From NCBI GenBank assembly GCA_977018835.1, contig OZ361257.1, positions 186,001-250,000 of the forward strand: 64,000 bases of DNA, given 5' to 3'. Shown one piece after another: positions 23,001 through 36,515 of the stretch; position 1 is the stretch's first letter, and each line of letters starts with the position of its first letter. The stretch is from Minutocellus sp. GHC0000111 (Eukaryota). A program made the position numbers and the translations under genes. The notes under the pieces are model-generated. The model saw only the letters and a program-made list of their open reading frames with translations. It was not told the origin of the DNA and did not search any database.

Positions 23001-26000
23001 AAAGCGAGATTCTTGGCGCATTCATCGAGCTGATCTGATGCATAGGCATCATCCCAGGGGAACCCATTCTCCATGCTTAGGAGAAAAGTTATGCGGTCCA
23101 AAAAATCTCTTGTTTCGGGATTCTCACTTGCATTCTTCAGAAGTCCTTTGAGCGCATGCGCGAAGGACCTAAACTTATCACGCGCTTGATCACGAAGGGC
23201 ATCGATGATGACAACCTTTTCAGAATCGGACTTTTTATTTCCTTTCTGCATAATGAGATCTGAATTGTCATTCTCCAAGCTGCTCAAGGATGCTGCACTG
23301 ACGGCACGGCGAATTCCAGATCCAGGAACCTTCGATTGCACATCATTCTTCGATTTGATGACGCGAGACTTTACTGCAGGCTTCCTTCTCCCGATACTTT
23401 TCTCTAAGACCTGGACGAGGGCAACAAAGTGCTTCATAATGCTAGAAATATTTTCCATTTTGATGTGCTTGGTGAGAGTTCCGTTCTCCGACCATTTTAG
23501 AATCAAATTCATGGTAGCGACTATGTCGTTGTTGTGGACGGATCCAAGCATGCGAAGGAAGATGAAGCTTCCTAGCTCCCAAACCTCAGACACGGCCGTC
23601 CTCATTGTAATGTGATTCGATATGGGTTTGAACATATCCTCGTCCGTCACAACTCTGCCACGAGGAGTGTATTCCTCCTGGGGTCGTTCCAGCTCCGATA
23701 TGACGTCATCGATCACACCTGCGGTTTGGAAGACAGGCAGATATATGGCTTGGCTGAAACCCTCGAATCGACTAAATTTGAGATAGTCCCTTTCCCTGTC
23801 AGAAACAATATCCTCCTGGCGAAAATGATCAATGATCTCATTCCAAGCTGCGCTGAACATAACCCACTTTTGGATGCGCACGTCCAAGAGACGATTTACG
23901 TAGCTCTGGAGCTTGTGAGGGTCACTGCCAAGTAGCGACGTTCCCTCTTGATTTGGATTCGCAATGTTACTCTGAGAATTGCCGAGGAAACTAGCCGAAG
24001 ATCCACGGCGACTCCCAGCGTCAGGCGAAAGCATTTTTCGGCAAAAGTGCTCGGGTGCACGCCCAAAATCTTCACGAATGTCGTTCATGTCTCTAATGTC
24101 CCCGAGATTGTCAGAGAAACCAACCGACGTTCCAGCAAATGCCTGCCACACGGCGTACCAGATGCTCATGTCAATAAGGTATACAATGAACTGTGGGGTC
24201 CATCGCATAACGAGCAAAAGGCTCATCTTTGCAAAGCTTTGATCGGGGAAATTCATGTAGTCGTCGGCAAGCTGTAAGGTGGGCAAAACCATGGCATAGA
24301 CCTCAAAAATATAAGAGAAGAAGAACTTCCATGCAATCATGGTTACCCAGAAGAAAGTGTAAACAGCGGTGTGACTGCAAGATTCAGTAACTTCCTTCCC
24401 GACGTATAGACGGCTGAGGGGGAAAAGTATGTTTAAAAAAGATTGGACGAAATTGCTTCTGCTTGTGTAGATCTTGGTCTGAAGGGCCGGATAGAATTGA
24501 AGACAGGCATCGAAAAACCAAGGGATCATGCATAGGATGGAAAGCCAAATGTACTGCCACCACCAAAATTCAGGATTTGCCTCGATCCCAAGGTAAATGC
24601 CATCCTCCGGGCCAAAAGTCCAGATTAGGTAGAGACTTTGATACACCAGAATGATAAATCTAGCGAGGAGCGTGAAGACAGAACCGCAAACTGCTGTTCC
24701 AGATAGATGAATCCCAGGATAGACCGACCACGCTTCGAGGAGTCCAAGAGAAAGGTGAAGAAAGTTGACGATTCAGAAAACTCCACTAGCGACTTCGATA
24801 GTGTACACCACGCCCCAGACGAGCTCTCTTGAGAAAGCGACAACAGCGAGCAGGTAGAACGTCACAATGTGCCATTCGAGGATACGGAATACAGCGAGGA
24901 TCCCCCGTAGCCAGGACCGTTTCTCGAGAAAAGTTTTCGGTGCATCAATCAGGCCAACGGTGATGGGGGGGATAGTGCTGTGCGAAGAAGTTTTTCCGTC
25001 TATGGATTCGCTATCTGACGAATAACGATAGTTGAGGCAGTTTCGTGACCAGAAGAACTCATTGTAGTCATCATAGTTTCGTTTCTCGGGGTGGTCCGCT
25101 TTTGATTTCATACTCTGGCGGATTCACGAGAAAGACACAGAAACAAGGGGGAAAATAAGAATTGTAAAGAAGATGCAACACTTTTCCTTCCGAAGAAAAA
25201 GTCTTGGGGTTTGAACCGACGAATTTTTCAGCCCTTACCTTGCTAACGACGTCAAAAATTGGAGCAACGACATTGTCCACAAAATGACCGGCATGCAAGC
25301 TTCGAGTCTGTGTGAATCCTTCGGAAAGTGTACATTCCTCCATCATTTTGTGGTAAAGGAACCACATGCATTCGGGCATGTGGCGGATATTAGCACCCTC
25401 TCCCCAAACACAGAAGAATAGAACAAGATCAACGACGCGGCTGGCAACTGCTGGTGGTGCAGACATTGTTGTGTTCATCTTAGAGAAGCTAGGGGGAACT
25501 CCCATGGTTCTGCACCACTTCATGTAATTGGAAAATACTTTGGCATGAAGCGCATGAATGGGACTTGGTGGTTGAACAGAGGGCGGGAGGATGTGACTAC
25601 TCATGTGCCGATTGTTGCTGAGCAAGATGAGGAGATGTTCAGCCTGGTTTCTAACAGACGAATCCTGAAAGCCGAAGAAGTTGCCGATGTCCTCGCAGGC
25701 TGAGTATACCATGTTAGCATATTCGGCGAGACGAGGCGGCAGATCGGCAGGATCGAACATATTGTATGCATCGGGTGACACTGGCGGAGGCGCCTGATAT
25801 GATAACGGGGAAACCTTCCGCCTTCCCTCTGCACTGTTTTCAGAGGTAGACAAGGCGAAGTAGTCTGGCTCCCGTCCAGAGCACAAGATTTCGATGATAT
25901 CGCCACTACGATTTGCAAGGGCCACAAAAACGACCCCGCTTGCAAAGAGCCAGGACAATGAGCTGGTGTAGTTGCTCTCTTCGACCTCTCCGCGCATTAC

Positions 26001-26822
26001 ACCAACAACGTAAGGGAAAAAGGTAGAATAGATCAGAGACACAGTGGTGCAGCCCCCGACCAAAGCGATTGCGATGGGAAGGAAGGACAGTCGAGAGTAC
26101 CTGAGATAAAACATAGAAGAAATTTTTGTAATTTTTTGGAAGGCCGTTCCGGGGGGGAGAAGGACACAGATCAGTGAAAAGTTCTTGCTTGAGCAAGGAA
26201 TTGAATCTCCTCGAAAGACAACTCCAAAAGAGAGCATTTATCTATCAAATCAACTCACTTGATAGACACGCCGGCACCGATGCAAGCCAAGGCTGGCGAA
26301 AAAATGGCGAAAAAGAGAGACATCGATGACGCAAAGAACGATGCAACAAATGCTGACAACGAAATGCCGGCGCAAGCCCCAGGGAATAGTGTAGGAAGGA
26401 AGACACCAAGCGAAAGACCCACTAACGACCCTGTACAGCGCCACAATGGCTAGTTCGATGCCAACGACTGCAAATAGTGGCTCAAGGAAAGCGAAGACCA
26501 GCGCACCACTGACGACAGCAGTGCAAAGACCAGAGCATAGCCTCTCGTTGCTTGTTTCAATCATCATGCCATTGGAATGATTGGTCGCATTACAAAGTAG
26601 AATAAAAGAAAAAGTACATGGAATAAATTAAGGTTGGATTCTGAAAAACAGCGAGCAAATCAGAGCTCAACAGCTCTTTCATTTGACACCTCAAATTATT
26701 TTACATTTCACTCACCTTTTCACATCTGCGCAAAACCAGACTACGATGAGCGCTGATAAGACACGTAGCGAAGGTTCAACCCAGGACTCTGCCAACCCTT
26801 CCATGGTCTCGAAGGACACCAT
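20042..26822 (-). pseudogene. BGS: 1,3-beta-glucan synthase (GT48, callose/chrysolaminarin synthase), disrupted as assembled
   Basis: FKS1_dom1 region (FGFQDSSVRNQAEHL, WGEGANIRHMPEC, NYDDYNEFFW) and catalytic motifs GEGKPENQNHA, QTIDMNQ, RLHYGHPD, INLSEDIFAG, QVGKGRDVG and GGAKYRATGRGF. Intron at 25115-25238 plus two likely 5' introns. In-frame TGA at 24773-24775 (GVF*IVN) and 20711-20713 (NCI*YAL). Probable frameshift at ~26440. The start at 26822 is inferred. Confidence 0.9.
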
Positions 26823-27059
26823 TGTGCTGCCCGACCCAGTGGATCCACGAACTTTTACGAAAGAAGCAACGAGCGTGCGCGTTCCTCGGCCACAGCGGGC
26901 GTTTTCTAGCGAAGTCAACTTGAGCCAGGTGGTATTATTTGTTTTGGGGTGGGAAATGAAGTACGGTACACGGCAGTTTCAGGACATGGAATCTTCCGCA
27001 TCCTTTCAGCTCTGTGTTCCATGAAGAAAGCATGATGACGTGCCACATTTTCCGCAGTA

Positions 27060-27368
27060 CATGCACCGGTACATGTGTAGCTTATGGCATCTACTACTAG
27101 AGAGTATGTACGTACATATAGTAGAGTGAGTCGAGTGAGTCGTCGAGTAGGAATTCCTACGTACTACGTAGGCCTAGCTGGCCTACGTGCTACTAGCTAG
27201 GCCTAGCTATGTAGCTACGTACTAGTAGGACACTACGTGTAGAGAGTAGAGAGCTACGTAGTACATACTAGTACATACAATTGGTAGCTACTACGTACTA
27301 CGTACTAGACTAGTAGTATCTAGTAGCTAGCTAGGCCTACGTAGCTTGCCGCTACTCTAGCTAGACTG
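27060..27368. repeat. Array of TA-bounded short palindromes in the divergent BGS / glycosyltransferase promoter region
   Basis: TACGTACTACGTAGGCCTAGCTGGCCTACGTGCTACTAGCTAGGCCTAGCTATGTAGCTACGTACTAGTAG and similar, ending ~10 bp before ATG 27375. Confidence 0.9.
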
Positions 27369-27374
27369 TGGTCC

Positions 27375-29379
27375 ATGAAGCTGATCTTGAGTTCCGTCGG
27401 TCCCTGTCTCCTCTCATTCTATGCAGGCGCATTGTGGGGCGCTCATGCTTCTTTGGAACGGGATTTAGATAAGTCGCTCAAAGACACTACTAGGCGTTTC
27501 AGCGGTGGGTCCCCCGGGCTTCCGACTGTTGGCGTCAAATCATCTTCAGAAAGTGTTGGGGAAAGTATTCTTCATTATCCATCCACGGAGAGTGCTAGCA
27601 TAGACGACAAGAAAATGAGGAGAATTCCAGCATCAATGAAGCGAGTAGCTGATGGGATTGCCCGCACCAGCAAGGAGGATTTTGTCAAGTTGCATGACTT
27701 CGGCATACCATACGACCGCCCACAAGCTGACATGGCAGACGTGCTCCTCCTGTATCAAACAGAGCATGCTCTTCCAGACAAAATGAAAGATGAAACAGTG
27801 TGGAATATGGGACATGAAATACCTTTTCTCAGTGCTGCTGATGCAACGAAAAACTGCCAACAAATGAATGTTATGCTCACGAAGCTTCCAGATAATAACC
27901 CGCAGTGTGTTGCCATCATGGCGAACTATCAAAGCTATCACATACAGCGGTGGATGAGACTTCCAAAGTCAGGCGGTGGGCTGGACGCCAACTTGCCGCT
28001 TCGCCTAGTGAGTCGAGGGGATGCCGGAAATGGACGCAAGTCTTACAAAGCTCCTCGATCAGAAGAACTTCGGGCAACATTCGACATGCTCCGTACTTAC
28101 TTGTCGAGCCTAAATGATGTGCTCACAGAATTAAAGCCCATCGCGGAAAGGGTTGCCAAGGACAACACGATCGTTGTCATGACCTGTAACTTCGGGCAAT
28201 CAGAGCTCCTGATGAATTTCGCGTGCTCTGCCAAGGCAAGAGGGCTGGATTTGAGCAATGTCCTAGTATTTGTAACCGATGCTCAGACGAAGGCAATCGC
28301 CGAAGGCCTGGGGCTTGTAGCTTTCTTCGATGAAACGGTAAGTCAAATCTTGTCAGGTTTTGTGTCCTGGAGCAATCAAAATATATCGTTGTACCTGTAG
28401 CTTCATGTTCCTAAATATTCTCTTTTGCACGCGTGCTCGAGCGCAATAGAATAGTGAAAAGATCCCAACTGACGCAGCTAGGCGCTACGGCGACCAACGT
28501 TTTGTAGCTATGATGTTCGCAAAAGTAGTTTGCGTACAATTAATCAGTTTGTTGGGATATGACTTGCTATTTCAAGATGTCGACGTTGTCTGGTACAAAG
28601 ATCCCCTGCCTTTCTTTCATAACAGCACCAGTCCAATTAGTGACTTCGATATCTTGTTTCAAGACGACGGCGCTCACTCCCTGAGATATGCACCTTTCAG
28701 TGCCAATTCAGGCTTTTATTATGCTCGCAATAATGATCGAACGAGGTAGATCTATCATTTTGTGTCTGTGTTTCTTGTGATTTTGCTTTTTTTTATCCTC
28801 ATGCGCCTGTGGTAAATGCAGTGTTGTACGAGCGCAGCATCTAGCTGTTACATGCAGGAAAGCTCTCTCACACTCTTACCGCGCATGCTCTCATTCCATT
28901 ACAGGTACTTATTCACCTCCCTCTTATATTCGCAGGACATCATCAGACGGACTGAAAGTCACCAGCAAGCCTTGATTGCATTACTAAACGAACATAGCTC
29001 TCTTTTTGGACTCAAGGTCAAAGTCCTCAACAGAGATGAAGAAGACTTTCCAGGTGGGTGGCACTATCACCACAGCGGGATGTCTTCTATGATGCGAGAC
29101 ATGGTTGGTGGCAAGGCAAGCCCATACATCTTTCACATGAGTTGGACCAACAACAAAGTCAACAAGATTAAATTCTTTCAACAAATGGGCGACTGGTACG
29201 TGAGCGAAAAATGCATAGCCAAACCTGTCCAAGAGATAGCCAGTGACAATCCTTTGCAGAATGAGTGCTGCTTAGTCAATCCATTGGTCGTTTGTCACTA
29301 TCGGGATAAACCAAGTACAAAGCCATGCCGAGATAGTCCTCCAATTGACAAAGGAAGGCCGTCTTGGTGGAAGGAGTAA
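27375..29379 (+). CDS. Nucleotide-diphospho-sugar transferase (GT77/PF03407-like), 3 exons, apparently intact
   Basis: Exons 27375-28337, 28450-28745 and 28905-29379 splice in frame with GT-AG introns. Motifs LGYDLLFQDVDVVW (DxD), NSGFYY and FHMSWT; N-terminal hydrophobic segment. Confidence 0.85.
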
Positions 29380-29463
29380 GAAGTAGGGGCTGGTTTTAAA
29401 AAATATGTCTTCTATGAGTTATTATGCCAAATGTGAGATAAAAGGACAGACCGGCTCACTTCT

Positions 29464-32400
29464 TCAATCCGCACAGCGAGAAGTCTGCTCAGCACCGAGC
29501 TCTCCACCAACTGGCAGGAAGCAGAGCGCTCCGTCAGGCGCCGAGGCAGAGACTCGCAGTGTGTCCTCGACAAGTGTCTCCTTTTTCACAGCAGGATTGT
29601 TCAGCTCGGAAGGCGGGTAGACCTGCCAGAACTTGCCAACCTCGTCCTCCCAATTATTCAAGATGTCTTCCGCCTTTTCACTACCAGTCTTTTCGAAGTG
29701 TCTCTCGATAATGTGCTTCAGTTGGCCCTCCCCAATAGCGGACTCAACTCTCTGCATCTTCACGATTTCCTTGTTGAGACGCTCCTCAAGACTATTGTCG
29801 GGATCGTAAAAGTAACCGATTCCACCAGTCATGCCGGCGCCAACATTTCTGCCCACCGAACCGAGGACAACAACGACACCGCCAGTCATGTACTCGCAGC
29901 AGTGGTCCCCGGTGCCTTCAGCGACGGCGTAGGCCCCGCTATTGCGAACACAGAACCGTTCACCAGCACGACCATTAGCATGGAAGTCACCGCCGGTGGC
30001 TCCGTATAGGCATGCGTTTCCAACAATACTGGAGTCGGCGGCAACGAAGCCAGCATCAGCGTGCGGGACGACAACAATCTCGCCGCCGTGCATGCCTTTG
30101 CCAACGTAATCATTGGCTTCACCCGTGAGCCGAACGTTCGAGCCCGGCAGAACAAACGCTCCGAAGGACTGTCCAGCACTTCCGTGGAAGTTCACATTGA
30201 TCTTACCCTTGAACCCAGCGTTGCCATGGGCACGAGCAATGTCTCCGGCGAGCATCGCACAGGTGCTTCTGTCCGTGTTCTTGATATCGAAGTTAGCCGT
30301 GGTCTCGCCATCGTTCTCAGTAATGACCTTTTTGATGTCAGCCGATTCGCACACTTCACGATCCAGATCCGAGCTGAATTTGTTAATGTGAACAATCGAG
30401 TCCTTGGAAACCAGCCGACTGTCTACGTTTGCACGAAGGAAAGAACGATCGCCCTCACTGTTTGGGATTCCGCCGAAGAACTGGTCAACGTTGACGCCAT
30501 CACTCTTGGCAACACGTTCAATCTGCTCGGCACTCTGCTTCAGGAGGTCAGCGCGGCCGATGAGGTCCTCAAACTTGGAGTAACCCAAATGGGCCATCAA
30601 CTGCCGAACTTCTTCAGCGACAAACTCGAAAAAATTGACGACATGCTCCGGAGTACCAGGGAACTTTTTTCGAAGCTCTTCCTTTTGACTGGTCACTCCA
30701 ACAGGACAGGTATTGAGATGGCACACACGGGCCATGACGCAACCCTCGGCAATCATTGCAATGGTACCAAAGCCGAACTCTTCTGCGCCCATCACGGCAG
30801 CGATGGCAACATCCCGGCCAGTGCGGATGCCTCCATCAACGCGTATGGTGACACGGTCACGGAGACCGTTGTTGAGGAGTGCAGAATGTGCCTCAGAAAG
30901 ACCGAGCTCCCACGGACAGCCTGCGTTCTTGATGGAAGAAAGTGGAGAAGCACCCGTCCCACCGTCTCCGCCAGAAATTTGGATAACGTCAGCATCGGCC
31001 TTTGCAACGCCGCATGCAACGGTACCAATTCCAACGGATGAAACCAGCTTGACGGAAACCCCAGCTTCCTCATTGACGGCGTGGAGATCATGGATGAGTT
31101 GGGCCAGATCCTGTTTTGTAAGAGGGGTAAAAAGGATGCCAAGATCAAGTGGAGAACATGAAGTGTCATCCATCAGCGATGAAAAAGAAGGCATAAAACA
31201 TTGGATTTGGGAGGTCTAAACTTCCACTCTTGGGTTGGCACGTACCTCAATGCTGTAAATGTCGTGGTGGGGAGGGGGGGAGATTAGAGTTACTCCCTGC
31301 TTGCTCGCTCGTAGTCCAGCAATATATTCAGATACCTTGGGCCCTGGAAGCTGACCACCCTCACCTGGCTTGGCGCCCTGTGCAATCTTGATCTCAAGCT
31401 GTTTTGCTGTTACAAGGAAATTCAGGGGTTACTCCAAAACGTCCACTGGCAACTTGGTGGATATATGAGTTAGCCGAGTCACCGTTCTTCAGACCAGCCA
31501 GGTGGGGGAATGTGGGGCTTCGTCCCTTCTCATCTACATCTTCAATCGGCTTGCCACGGATGACATCTTCGCCGCCTTCACCAGAGTTGGACTTGCCACC
31601 GACTCTGTTCACAGCAATGGCGAGAGTTTCGTGAGCCTCGCGACTGAGCGCGCCAAGGGACATGGCGCCAGTGCAGAAGCGCTTCATGATCTCTGCCGCA
31701 GGCTCAACCTCTTCAATGGCGATGCTCTTCCGATCAGATTCAAAGTCAAGAAGATCCCGAATGTTCGCGAGGGGGGCAGATTCCAAGCTCTTTTTGAAAA
31801 TTTCGTAATCGGCAACACTGGCGGGTTTGACTCCGTCGTTTTCTGCTTCATCGCGAGTCGTGGCAGCACTGACAGTCTTGTCAAGACCAATAGCGTTGTG
31901 AAGGAGCTTAGCCAAGTCCGAAGAGTTGATGTGGTACTCCCCCATTTTGGGAATAGGCTTGTAGTAGCCATAGTTCACGAGCTTCATCTTCGCAGGACGC
32001 ATCATAATGACCTCACTCGCAATTTCTTCCAGGGACATACCTCCAATTCGGCTGGTAGTACCCTTGAAACTAGCACCAATGACTTCCTCGCTTAGACCGA
32101 TCGCTTCGAAGATCTGAGCCCCAGAGTAGGAAGTAAGGAGCGAGATTCCCATTTTCGATAGAATCTTCAGTAGACCAGCTTCGACGGCGGATCGATAGTT
32201 CTCCTGTGCCTCGGCAACAGTAGTCTTCGAAAGTTTACCAGCGTCCATTTGCTTTTGGGTCTTCGCATTCCCGTGCCACTGGCGGACGGTCTCGAGAGCA
32301 AGGTAAGGGTGCACGGCGTTGGCGCCGTACCCAACCAGACAGGCAAAGTGGTGAGTGGACCAAGCTGCACCAGTCTCAACAACAATGCCGGCATCCATGC

Positions 32401-34922
32401 AGAGACCTTCCTCGATAAGGCGGTGGTGCACGGCTCCGACCGCAAGGAGGGGGGGGACGTAAGTAGTGCTATCAAGAGACGCCTGGTCTTCTGCAAAATC
32501 ACTGAGGATGACAACTTCGGCGCCATTGCGAACATCTTCAACAGCCTGGTTACACACTTCATCGAGCGCTTTTTTAATTCCGGACGGACCATCAGAAATA
32601 TCACACCTAGTGCTGATGGTAGACTGGTGAAAGCCGCCATTCTCCTCCTTCCCAAGTGATTCAATTTCCTTCATCTCTGCTCCATTAAGAACAGGGGACT
32701 CGAGGTGAATGAGGCGGGCACCCTTCTCGGACACTTTGTAGATGCTCTCCTTTCTTCCGAGTGTCATGGCAAGAGACATGACGACGCCCTCGCGAAGAGG
32801 ATCAATGGGAGGGTTGGTGACCTGAGCGAAGCGCTGCTTGAAATAGTTGTAGAGGACATGAGGTCTCTCGGAAAGAACAGAGATCGGAGCATCATCTCCC
32901 ATTGAGTATGTGGTCTCCTTGCCGGAGCCAGCCATATCGGCAATTTGCATCCCAATATCCTCGAGACCCCATCCAAAGGTGGACTGCGCAAAGGTGGTGG
33001 TTTCATCGGAGTAAACGCGATCTGTAGGAGAATTGGTCTTTTTGACGTCCTTACGTTGATTCTTCATCCACTCACCATATGGGTGGCCTGTTAAATTAAG
33101 AAAAAAGAGCAAAATCAGACTTAGAACTGGTTGAGAACAAGATCGCACTGCGGTCTGAAGAAGTGGTTTGCAGCAAAACTCAGGAAAAAATACTTACGAG
33201 AAGCAATCTCGCTCTTAATGGCAATGTTGTCCTTGAAATCACCTGTGCCCAGATCAACATTGATCATCTGTCCCGGACCGAGACGGCCTTTCTCCACGAT
33301 GTCAGCTTCCTCGAGGTCCGGGACAACGCCTGTCTCACTCATCATGTACACAGTGCCATCTTTGGTAATAGAATAGCGAGCAGGGCGGAGACCATTACGA
33401 TCAAGAGAGGCCCCGATCGACTTTCCATCAGAGTAAACAAGAAGTGCAGGGCCATCCCAGGCCTCAAGCAGACCTCCATGAAACTTGTAGAAGTCAACAA
33501 TCTCAGGATTGTCCTTGAGCGCTGGTTCGTTCTCATAGGCGGTTGGGACTAAGGCCATGAGGGCACAGGGTGCACGGTGACGGGACTGGCACATGAGCTC
33601 AAACACAGCGTCCAGGTTGGCCGAGTCAGAGCGGCCAAGGTCAATCAAGGGTTCGAGCTTCGAAGGAATGTCTTGCGTGTTACAGCTGGTAATGATGTTC
33701 TCGGTAGAGTCGTAATCGACGAGGTCATCAACTTCGTCGGAAGAGTGGGTTTCATCTTTCTGCGCCTCTCGAGCCTTGATCCAGTTGACATTTCCTAGAA
33801 GAGTGTTGATCTCGCCATTATGGCCAACAACACGCATGGGCTGGGCCAGAGGCCACCTCGGGCTCGTGTTGGTGGAGAAACGGCGGTGATAAATTACAAA
33901 TTTAGTGGTGTAATCGGGATTCTCGAGATCCAAGTAGAACTTTGGGAGAACACAAGACTGCACCATGCCCTTGTACACAATGGTGCGCGAAGAGAAAGAG
34001 GCGACATATACATCACTGTCATCGTCGTCCCAGACAAGACCACGATTGCGACGCTCCACATCAAAGCGGCGTCTAACAAGATACAATGTGCGCTCAAAAC
34101 CATCACGCTCATCATCGTCGTCTTCCAGACGGCGTGGTGCCTTAACGAAGAATTGCCACATCGAGGGCACGAAATCTCGCGCCATGGGGCCAAGAACTGA
34201 CGGGTCTACAGGAACTTCGCGCCAACCGATGAAATCCAGTTCATTAGCTGTGCATACCTCCTCTATCATTGTTTTCACTGCATCACGACGCTCCTCGTCT
34301 CGAGGAAGAAAAATCATGCCCACTCCTGGTTGCTGGCATGAATCAGATCTATACTCCTCGAAAATCTTCCAGGGAATCTGAGTCATAATTCCGGCTCCAT
34401 CACCAGATTCTCCATCCCCACCACACGCGCCACGATGCTCCATGCAATCAAGAGCAGAGAGGCCTTGCTGGAGAACTTTGTGCGTACCAAACTCCCCTGA
34501 ATTCGAAAGAAGAAAGGACAAAATACATAAGTTGCAAGATATGCACAAGGGATAAGATTAGTCCTCAACCTGACAGGATATGTTATGACACAAGCTTTGG
34601 GAATTGACGGCAGTAATCCGTGCGCATGAATCTTACCACCACTCTGAGTGTTGGCGATGAAGCCAACGCCACAAGCGTCCCTTTCTTTCAGCAGAGGAAG
34701 GGGCCCGTCAAACATATTGGACACTTGACCATCTTTGAGATCAAAGGCCATGGAGAGTGCAGATGACACATGAGAGGGGGTTCTTTCGTCGGCGACGAAA
34801 GGCCCACTGGCAAATTTGGTCCGGTCAACGGATGCCTTCTGTGTAGAAAGCGGCGAGGTGTTCTGAACAAAGGCTGTTGCCAGCGCCCCACAAGATGCGA
34901 GAAGCCCAATGGAAAACCGCAT
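29464..34922 (-). pseudogene. glsF: Plastid-targeted ferredoxin-dependent glutamate synthase (Fd-GOGAT); one frameshift as assembled
   Basis: Presequence MRFSIGLLASCGALATA-FVQ. Motifs: [76 protein letters not shown] and a GXGXG domain. Introns at 34497-34636, 33088-33197 and 31111-31245. One extra base at ~31417 ([13 protein letters not shown]). No beta-subunit region. Confidence 0.92.
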
Positions 34923-36334
34923 GGTTCCTTTGAGCGAGACTGCTCGAGCGTTTGCTTCTTCAAACAATTAGTCAGTCCGCGAAAATGACATTGAGTGGAC
35001 AGAGAGTGTTGGGTTATGAGCCAGACAAATACGTCGCCGTTCCTACAGATGCGTAGGAACTGGCTACATACATGTACGCATGTACGTATCGGTAGACCGA
35101 CCGTCCGTCCCCCCCCCATCTTGCATGGAGAGACCGTGACCTCGAGTAAATCTAGATCTACATGTACTGGTCCCTACCTCACCCTCACTCAATCTTACCC
35201 TACAATGTTTCCAATTGCGATTTTGTTTTTTATGTTATCGATATTCGTTCTTACTGATGCAAGTGCGGCTAGATCTACCTAGATCTAGTCTAGATCTGTC
35301 CAATTGGATTTGGTTCTTATAGAACCAATAATGTGTTAATAGGGCGTTTTCACGAGACCGCCGACAAAATCGGCGTGTAAATAGTAGCCACTAGAAAATA
35401 TTCCTACGTGCACATTTTCACGGTGATAAAAATGAAGCCACTAATTTGACCCAAGAATCTCGGACCCAAACACAGTGACTTGTTAGTAAAGTACCCCGAG
35501 ATCATTGTATCAAAGTAATTTTATTGTTGATTATGGTCTACAACATCCTTCTAAGCAGCAATCAGCAATAAAATTACTTTGATACAATGTTTACGAAACA
35601 TCGCGGAGGGGGTGTCTGCTCTCTCGTGAAATAACGATTTTCTACGTAGACGTTCTACATGTACATGTCGATCTGATGCGCATATGTATTTGGTGGTGGT
35701 GGTGGTGGTGTCGTCCCGCTAAGTAGATCTAGTAGAGTCTAGCTTAAATCTATTTGAATTAATGAGTAGCCGCACTTGCATCAGTATTGCTTAGGAGGTG
35801 GCGAAATATTAGGTCTCACCTAAGCAATTTCCAATTGCTTATAGGTGAGAACGGACTGTATAGATCTACACATGTAGATCTCTACACTGTAGACTTCACA
35901 TTCCGTCAATACATCCTTATCCTTATCCTTATCCTTAATGGGAACTTGAATTTGCACGATTGATGGCGGTCGCCGGCTAATGCTAACACGACTCGACTCC
36001 GTCCGGAACAGGTCCTAGTGCCTGCTTTTAGGGGTCTATTGAGCCGAACTCACTCCGCGCGCGACTCTATGATCACCACAGCCTTAATCCTTTTCACTTT
36101 CACTCGTACCAATCTTCGGGGGACTGCGTTTAAGACATTCCGTCAATACATGTATTGACGTCATGAGACTGGATGAAAGGGGAAAAAAGAGGTTCAATAG
36201 AATAGGCCAGGCTTTGGCATTGCGAAACCTTCGAAGGTAGGCTGCGGGCACGAAACCTTCGAAGGTAGCCGATAGATTCATCCTGTTCGCTCTACTGCTC
36301 GTGATTCTGGTTGGCACGTTTACGTCTACCGGTA

Positions 36335-36515
36335 CAGTCCGTTCTCACCTATAAGCAATTGAGGCTCGGGCCCGAGGTCTCAAATTGCTTATTTTGGAAC
36401 AAGGAATAACATGCGAATGAGGTACCAATTAGCTCTTAGAATAAGCAATATGCTCAGAATCTCAGCCCTCACCTAAGCAATTACCAATTGCTTATATATA
36501 GGTGAGAACGGACTG
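36335..36515. mobile_element. MITE, CAGTCCGTTCTCACCTATAAGCAATT TIRs with TA TSD
   Basis: TA|CAGTCCGTTCTCACCTATAAGCAATT ... AATTGCTTATATATAGGTGAGAACGGACTG|TA. A further right end lies at ~35815-35858 and a left end at 61964. Confidence 0.92.

Noticed and set aside
3576..24775. TGA recoding (alternative genetic code), suggested by five in-frame TGAs at 3576, 8947, 17369, 20711 and 24773
   Set aside because: The contexts suggest different residues (likely Arg and Trp). In-frame TAG (46691) and TAA (46280) and many frameshifts also occur, and RPC2 and SEC15 terminate at TGA where expected. Decay or error is simpler.
29464..34922. NADH-GOGAT
   Set aside because: The protein ends shortly after the GXGXG domain, with no fused beta-subunit (FAD/NAD) region.
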